A stretch of DNA of 30,085 nt from Fidelibacterota bacterium (lineage in GTDB: Bacteria > Fidelibacterota > Marinisomatia > SCGC-AAA003-L08 > JACNLC01), in contig JABMOW010000074.1 in NCBI GenBank assembly GCA_013204025.1, positions 1 through 30,085 of the forward strand. Direction: 5' to 3'. The position numbers and the translations under genes are program-made. The notes below the pieces were generated by a model. That model did not search any database, had not been told where the DNA came from, and worked only from the letters and a program-made list of their open reading frames with translations. Shown in pieces: positions 23,729 to 30,085 of this stretch. Positions within the stretch are counted from its first letter, which is position 1, and every line of letters starts with the position of its first letter.

Positions 23729-26700
23729 TTATATGGGAATCCGTACAAAAAATGAATTGCCTTGAGAATTATTGGGCTCGACACCTACATCAGCGTGGTG
23801 GGCATCGGCTATTTTTTTCACGATTGCCAGACCAAGGCCCCCGCCTCCCTTTGACAATCCCTCAAGCTGAATTTTTCTTTTAAATACTTTATCCCTGAAT
23901 TTCTCTTCAATCGTTTGTCCAAGATCGTTCACCCGAATAGTGATGTGAGTACTAGATTTTTCTGCGATCAAAGTAATTGATTTCGCACTGCCACCATATT
24001 TAATGGCATTGCTGATGTAATTATCGAAAATTTCAGATATAATAGGATTAGCCCGGATTTCGATCTTTTCCTGAATCTGATTGTCTACAATAATTTGTTT
24101 TTATTGTAAAGTTCTTTTAAACCGTGAAAGGACCTCATGCACCATCAAGGATACATCAAGGTTTGTCAGCTCTATTTGATCCCCCACTTCGATTTTAGCC
24201 AGATTTGTGACATTGGTAATGATATGAAGGGATTGATCAATAGAGTCTTTCATGTATAACAATTCTTCGATATCAGAATGTGCATGCACAATCATTTCAG
24301 CAAAACCTTGAGCAGTTCCGATAGGATTTCTTAAATCATGGGTGATGATATCCAATAATAAATTCTTTAAATCATTTGATTTTTTCAACTCGTTTGTTCG
24401 CTGTAATACGATTTGTTCAAGTCGCTGATTCCGTCGCCGGATGTTGGTTAGTCTTCGACTAATTATATAAAAGAGAGAACTAAATACAAGTAGCAATCCG
24501 AAGACTCGAAATAATGCTGTCTGCCAGAATGGGGGCTTTATAAATATATTTATTCTGGCACCGGTATCATTCCATATACCGTCGTTATTAGAACCTGTTA
24601 CTTGAAATGTATAAGCACCGGGGTGAAGATTCATATATTTTGCAACGCGGCTGTTGCCTGCATTGACCCAATCTTTATCATACCCGACCAGGATATATCT
24701 ATATTTATTTTTTTCGGGAATTGAAAAATTCAGTGCAGAATAATGAATAGAAAATGCATTTTGTTGATATGTTAAATCAATCTTATCCAAATTTGTTATT
24801 ACATGGGGCAGAGGGGAATCAGAGCCTGGTTTCACACGCTCGTTGAAGATATAAAAATCTGTTAAAACGATTTTTGGTACAAATGGATTGATGTTGATTT
24901 CAGACGGTCTGAATGCATTGAATCCGTTGATACCACCAAAGTACATGACTCCTGATTTTGTTTTATATGCTGCACCCTGATTGAATTCATTACTTTGAAG
25001 TCCATCCCGATAATCAAAATTATGAAAGCTCAATTTATCAGGATCAAATTTTGACAAACCTGAATTAGTACTTAGCCATAGATTGTCTTCTGCGTCAGCC
25101 AGGATACCATAGACAACATTACTAGCCAGCCCATCATTAGTGGTAAAATATTTTTTCTTTTTTGATTCCAAATCATATTGAACGAGACCGTAACCGTGGG
25201 TACCGATCCATAATTTCCCCCGTGCGTCATTGTGAATCGTATATATATCTATCTGATTATCAAGTGGTAGATACCTGATAAAATGCTCAGATTCATAATC
25301 AAAACGGTTTATTTCGCCACCACTTGTACCAATCCAGAGTTCCCCGGAATTATCGCAATATATTGTACTAATATAATCACCACTTATACTATTTGTGTCG
25401 CTTGGGGAATATGTATAGTTATAGAAAGTATCCTTTATTGGATCGTATTTACTTAATCCCCCTCCATAGGATCCGAACCACATCGTTCCTGCCGAGTCGC
25501 GACAAATGGAAAAAACTCCGTCCAGCCCGAATGTTGATGAATCAGTCTCAACCATTTTGAAATGCCTGAACTCATCCAACTGGGGGTTATACAAGTCGAC
25601 ACCTTCGCCGAATCCTATCCATAAATTGCCGTTCAAGTCTTCACCAATAGCACCAATGCTGTTACTGGCAATACTGTTATTGTTATCAGGAATGTTCATC
25701 ATGTATGTAAAACTGTTGTTAGCTGGATCATATTTATTAACACCACCACCATCAGTCCCAATCAGGATTGCCCCGGAATTATCTTCAAAAATGTCATAGA
25801 TTGAATTATTATTCAACTGGTTTGAACCATTTGGAAAATAGAAGTGGTGGGGAAATTTGCGTTTTCCCGGATCATATTTATTCAATCCGCCAGAGCCGGT
25901 ACCGACCCAGATTACTCCAGCATTATCCTGATATATCGCGGGGATATAATTATCATTTATGGTGTTTGGATGTTCAGGATCATTTACCAAACGGGTAATT
26001 GTTCCGTTTCCAATATCAAGTCTATTTAGTCCATTATAGCTTCCAAACCACAAATTATTTGCGTTGTCCTCAAATATCGAAATTATTCCATTACCTGCCG
26101 TACTTTCAGTGTGTGGCAGGTCTTGCTGGTAAATTATCCTGTCGCCCGTTTTCGTATCCAGTTTTACCAGCCCTGAATTAGTGCCCAGCCAAAGAATCCC
26201 GCTGTCATCTACCATAAAAGTGTTTATTTCCGTATCAATCGAATCAATATTATTATTGATATTCAAATTATAATTAGTGAATTGACCTAATTCAGGATCA
26301 AAGCGACTCAGTCCATCATAAGTACAGATCCAGAGAAAACCATCAGCGCTTTCCGCTATTTTGAAAATATAATAAATCCAGCTGTCTATTGAATCACGGT
26401 TCGATCGTGCATAATGTTCAAATTGGTTTGTGTTGTGAATAAATTTATTAAGTCCTTCAGATGAACCAATCCAGATTGTGCCATCAGCACTCTCAATAAT
26501 TGAATAAATATAATTGTCGCTCAAACTAGTTGAATCACCGGGGGTATACCGAAAGTTTGTGAAACGTTCAAGGCCAGGATCATAAACAGCAATACCAGCA
26601 CCTTCAGTGCCAATCCACAATCTACCCTGACTGTCTTCGAAAATCGTGTTCACATAATTGGCCGAGATAGTGGTTGAATCTGCAGGATCGTGACGGAATA

Positions 26701-26908
26701 TTTTAATATTGTATCCGTCATACCGATTCAATCCGTCTTGGGTACCAATCCATAGGAAGCCATTGCTGTCCTGAATGATACAATTTACGGTGCTTTGGGA
26801 CAACCCATCCTTGATGGTAATGTGTTCAAATTCTGCCGATAGACCATTGTCAGCCGATAAAACCGACAGAATGATAAGGCTGCTGGTTAAGTATTTAATC
26901 TTTGTCAT
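23729..26908 (-). pseudogene. Beta-propeller (two-component-regulator propeller / Y_Y_Y) sensor histidine kinase, interrupted by an in-frame TAA (24101-24103) between HisKA and HATPase_c
   Basis: The 935-aa ORF has a signal peptide, WxGT-type propeller repeats, a TM segment (FGLLLVFSSLFYIISRRL) and an H-box (ITHDLRNPIGTA). After the TAA the same frame continues as KQIIVDNQIQEKIEIRANPIISEIFDNYISNAIKYGGSAKSITLIAEKSSTHITIRVNDLGQ..GGGGLGLAIVKKIADAHHADVGVEP... These are the N, G1 and G2 boxes. 24101 and 23729 are congruent mod 3. Confidence 0.75.
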
Positions 26909-27011
26909 AAATTGATAATTCCGGAAGTTTCTGACAGTGATTCCGGTAATCTTTCGGACACTTATTTTAGCTTCCTAAAACTTCATTGTCAAGTTGCCTG
27001 ATTACTCCGCT

Positions 27012-27807
27012 TTACCTTTTCCCCATTACTGCTTTGATCTTTTCTATCAAGTCTTTGGATACATAGGGTTTTTGGATAAAACCAGCCAGTCCTTTTCCTA
27101 CGAACTGCTGGGTAGCATCTTGCTCATTGTAGCCACTTGTGAGAATCACTTTTATATCGGGTTTTAGCTTGCGAATCTCGCGGAAAACCTGTATTCCATC
27201 CTTATGGGGCATGGTAAGATCTAATAGTACACCTACAATTTTATCTGCATGTTCTTTGAATATTTCAACTGCCTCATGACCATCATCTGCGGTTAACACA
27301 TCAAAGCTGAGTTTTTTAAGACATGTGTTGGCCAACGGTCAGGACGGCTTCCTCATCATCGGTAATCAAAAAGGTACCCTGTCCCTGCCACTCATTATCT
27401 TTCTAAAGAGAATTATCTGTGAGTGATTTGCTGCCATCAATATCTTCATACAGTGGGAATAATACTTTGAAAGTCGTTCCCTTGCCTTCTTCAGAATAGA
27501 TCTTGACCATCCCGTGATGCCCTCTTACAATGCCTAATACAGTAGATAAATCTAACCCTCTCTCTGTGAATTTAGTTGTGAAGAAGGGTTCAAAGATTTT
27601 TGCCATGGTATCTTTGGAAAAATGAATTGGATTTTGAATCGCTGATTCCAGAAATAACTCTGAATAGTGTGTAATTTCATTATTCACTCCAAATAAAAAA
27701 TACGTAGACAGAAGGTTGCCAACAAACTCATATCGAAGGTCATTTTCATGTGGTTTTAACAAATTTCCGTTATTTGTCAAATATAAATGGTAGCAAGATT
27801 TGGGCAC
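27012..27807 (-). pseudogene. Decayed C-terminal remnant of a hybrid histidine kinase (degenerate and partial HATPase_c plus REC), with an in-frame TAG and a frameshift
   Basis: 27403-27807 encodes a degenerate N-box/G1 region (VGNLLSTYFLFG...LFLESAIQNPIH) and then a genuine G2 region (KIFEPFFTTKFTERGLDLS..GKGTTFKVLFPL). A TAG at 27403-27405 is followed in frame by KDNEWQGQGTFLITDDEEAVLTV, which is the start of a REC domain. The rest of the REC (LKKLSFDVLTADDGHEAVEIF..DLTMPHKDG..) is in another frame, 27012-27335. Confidence 0.7.
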
Positions 27808-27950
27808 ACTTTCGTATAACTCATTTATTTACAACACCTTCTATAATTATCGTAAATTAGTGTATATACTTTGAATAATTTCTGGCATACCTATACGTCA
27901 CTTTTTTTCGATTTTCAGTCGAGAGAGCAGTGTCGTAAATATAAATGTAT
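27607..27950. repeat. ~345-bp diverged direct repeat, copy 2 (partner of 23222-23565)
   Basis: See copy 1. The shared left boundary is GGTATCTTTG. Homology runs about 150 bp beyond the coding part into AT-rich non-coding sequence. Confidence 0.7.
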
Positions 27951-27980
27951 AAATACCGATTTTAAGCTTATTTTGTCACT

Positions 27981-28075
27981 TCATGTCCTCTTATGTCACT
28001 TTATTGCGTAGTGTTTTACCAGATGTGAAGTTTATAATAACCGGGGAAAGTGTAACTTTGAAGATGTTTCGAACA
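27981..28075 (+). repeat. Dispersed ~100-bp intergenic element, copy C
   Basis: TCATGTCCTCTTATGTCACTTTAT..TTTTACCAGATGTGAAG..AACCGGGGAAAGTGTAACTTTGAAGATG aligns with copies A and B. It contains TAACTTTG (TAnnTTTG). Confidence 0.55.
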
Positions 28076-28474
28076 ATACGGCTAAGTCAAAGGACTTGCT
28101 AGAACTCAAATATTAAGTTCAACAAGTAAGATTATACACACCATCGCTCCATCAATACAGGGATAATAGTAACTTTTAGACAATCGTTATACAATTTTTT
28201 GGATACTTGTTTCGAAAAGATGTAGCTTTCACCTACCGTGACACACGAATCAAAATATATTGCTATACAGCCTGTCGAAAAAATTTTAATCCATTCCCTG
28301 GAAAATCAAGAGAAGCACCCTCCCACAATTCGAAACCGGAGATGGTGAAACATATGAAAATTGAAAGCTGGTCCACATTACATCCCTTTTTTAATACACA
28401 ATTACCGATAGATAGTTACAATCACAGCATAGATCAGGGACTATTATATTAAAGAGATGTAAAGGCAACTATAA

Positions 28475-29770
28475 TTGATACTCATGTTAACAGCCATGAG
28501 CCTACGGGAGTTTGCGGCAATTAAGAGTTTAGGTAAGATTTCTGCTCAAAACCTTGCTTTGATGGGTTTTTCTTTGATCATTACACTAACTGTAGCAGAA
28601 GTAGCATTACGTCTAATAGGTTGGATGCCGGGGCAGGTTAAATACAGCCAGTGGTTTCACCCTGTAAATTCTCTGCATTTAGTAGATGGATTTACTACGG
28701 ACACTAACGGCATTTTCAAAGTCGATACCTCAATTGCCCATATAGTTGGAAAGATTTGTAAATCCAGTCCCGATATCCTTAATTCCTCAACCTTTAATTC
28801 TGTAGAACAAAATATCATACCAGAGGTTTGGTTAGTTTATAATAATACTAACACAGGAAAAAACGAATTCCAAAACAGGATAAGAGGTATCAAAACTGGT
28901 CAACTAAAGGATTGCTTTGACAGTACTCTCATCCATTATCAGAACAACCCCATTAATGACGATGGGTTTTACAGCATCCCGTTTAGTACCCATTGTGGGA
29001 ATAGAACCAAGGTTCTGCTCCTTGGCGATTCATTCACATGGGGACATTCATCACTTGATAAAACAGGCAGTTTTTCAAATATACTTTTGGCTCGTGACTA
29101 TATTGTATATAATACAGGTGTAAGTGGTGCGGATGTAGCACAATACAAGCGAATCCTTGAAACGTATTTTGAGCAGATTGACCCAGATGTGGTGGTTGTA
29201 AATTTTTATATGGGTAATGATGTGGAATATTTTCATCGTATTCCACAGCAGGACTCGCCCATTTTGTACAATACAAATGCGGGTAACTTGTATAGTTTTC
29301 AGTATGGTGTTCAATACTCTACCATGGAAAGTACGTATGCCATGGTGGTTCATCATATGAACATTCCGGAAGTGACCGTGCTTAATAGGATGGCGGCTTC
29401 TACAGCCATGGGTACCATTGTCTGGAATTATCTTGTTCAGATAGGGGTATATGACCCTCAATTTGAGAACGTTCTTGATAGACCTGAAATTCCGTATTGT
29501 AATAATGAATTGGAGTGGATGTTAGAGTTTTGTAATAGGAACAAAACACAATTCATACTAAGCGTAATTCCAAACTTGAATAAAGGCAATCTTGACGGAG
29601 CATCAACCATACCTCATCTGTTTGACGGTATTCCGTATAATGCACCAGATATGAGTCCTGAACTGTATAAACAAGATGATCTTCACTTTAATGAAAAGGG
29701 GCACCTGTTTTATGCAAATTATCTTGAAAAACTTATTGAGGAAAAATATCCAAATGATCGTGCTAAATGA
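28475..29770 (+). CDS. Membrane-anchored SGNH/GDSL-family hydrolase
   Basis: The N-terminus has a TM segment (MGFSLIITLTVAEVALRLIGW). The SGNH blocks are LLLGDSFTWGHS (block I), VVVNFYMGNDVEY (block III, GxND) and DDLHFNEKGH (block V, DxxH). Confidence 0.75.
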   Translation: MILMLTAMSLREFAAIKSLGKISAQNLALMGFSLIITLTVAEVALRLIGWMPGQVKYSQWFHPVNSLHLVDGFTTDTNGIFKVDTSIAHIVGKICKSSPDILNSSTFNSVEQNIIPEVWLVYNNTNTGKNEFQNRIRGIKTGQLKDCFDSTLIHYQNNPINDDGFYSIPFSTHCGNRTKVLLLGDSFTWGHSSLDKTGSFSNILLARDYIVYNTGVSGADVAQYKRILETYFEQIDPDVVVVNFYMGNDVEYFHRIPQQDSPILYNTNAGNLYSFQYGVQYSTMESTYAMVVHHMNIPEVTVLNRMAASTAMGTIVWNYLVQIGVYDPQFENVLDRPEIPYCNNELEWMLEFCNRNKTQFILSVIPNLNKGNLDGASTIPHLFDGIPYNAPDMSPELYKQDDLHFNEKGHLFYANYLEKLIEEKYPNDRAK

Positions 29771-29964
29771 AAATCTCTATTGTCGGCTTTAGAATCGCGT
29801 ATGATTCTACCGAAATAACTATTAAATAAATTTGAAATTCAGGCAATTAATCCGACATTCAATTTAATAATATCATTTTTAATCTCTTCAGGTTAATTCC
29901 CCGCTGCTAGCGGCAGAGTAGTTCGTTGCAATAGATTATTTTTTCAACTATTTAATTATTCTTA

Positions 29965-30085
29965 TCACTCAAAATAATGATGTGTAATTAAATATCTTCC
30001 TGTTTCTTCAGCGGCTAATTTTATACCTTTATAATTCCAATGCCAATTCCCATTTATATATAAATCTTGTGGGCGGTCATTATTA
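29965..30085 (-). CDS. 3' end of an unidentified minus-strand gene running off the window edge (C-terminus ..NGNWHWNYKGIKLAAEETGRYLITHHYFE*)
   Basis: The frame is open to the window boundary, with a TGA at 29965-29967. Only 40 codons are visible. Confidence 0.3.
   Translation of the reverse strand, partial: NNDRPQDLYINGNWHWNYKGIKLAAEETGRYLITHHYFE

Noticed and set aside
23593-23784. 63-aa ORF between repeat copy 1 and the kinase 3' end
   Set aside because: It overlaps the genuine HATPase_c coding region in another frame and has no motifs.
24101-24103. Stop-codon recoding (read-through or an alternative genetic code) to explain the in-frame TAA in the propeller kinase and the TAG at 27403
   Set aside because: Dozens of neighbouring genes terminate cleanly at TAA, TAG or TGA with conserved C-termini (e.g. 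the GvpF/L ..PPYNF.. tails). Nonsense mutation or assembly error is therefore far more likely.
28207-28452. 81-aa plus-strand ORF upstream of the SGNH hydrolase
   Set aside because: It has no recognisable domain. It has the Cys/His/Arg-rich composition of a random AT-rich ORF, and it sits in the probable promoter/leader region of the hydrolase gene. Confidence is too low to call.
1-30085. CRISPR arrays, tRNA or rRNA genes, integrase or transposase genes
   Set aside because: No regularly spaced short direct repeats, cloverleaf-compatible segments or recombinase or transposase motifs were seen on either strand. The repeats found are diverged gene fragments and a ~100-bp intergenic element.

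Overview
This AT-rich window is dominated by one long minus-strand gas-vesicle (gvp) locus running from about 17.0 kb down to about 3.4 kb. It is transcribed right to left: gvpA, then two GvpC-like helical repeat proteins, a DnaJ-type zinc-finger protein, gvpN, gvpJ, an Hsp20/GvpH-like gene, a Get3/ArsA-like ATPase, a Cdc48/VAT-like double AAA+ ATPase, five GvpF/L paralogs (one carrying a C-terminal J-domain), gvpG, a GvpA-family (GvpM/J-like) gene and gvpK, followed by an internally duplicated membrane protein. Directly upstream on the same strand (17.3-22.9 kb) sit a sigma-54-dependent NtrC-type response regulator and a 1398-aa REC-multiPAS hybrid histidine kinase. A sigma-54-like -24/-12 element lies in front of gvpA. 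The most unusual feature is the chaperone/unfoldase set embedded in the operon: Cdc48-like, Get3-like with a CxxC motif and no usable start codon downstream of the Hsp20 stop, Hsp20, the J-domain fusion and an orphan 6x CxxCxGxG zinc finger. To the right (23-28 kb) the region is decaying: a beta-propeller sensor kinase with an in-frame TAA between HisKA and HATPase_c, and two paralogous HATPase-REC remnants marked by a ~345-bp diverged direct repeat whose minus strand encodes a degenerate ATP-lid region. The ends carry an S8 subtilisin-like peptidase with dockerin-type repeats (minus strand, 0.4-2.1 kb) and a membrane-anchored SGNH/GDSL hydrolase (plus strand, 28.5-29.8 kb). A ~100-bp intergenic element occurs three times, and a short GC-rich structured island ends in an intrinsic terminator. 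No rRNA, tRNA or CRISPR array is evident. Domain assignments rest on motifs read directly from the ORF translations; no database search was run.
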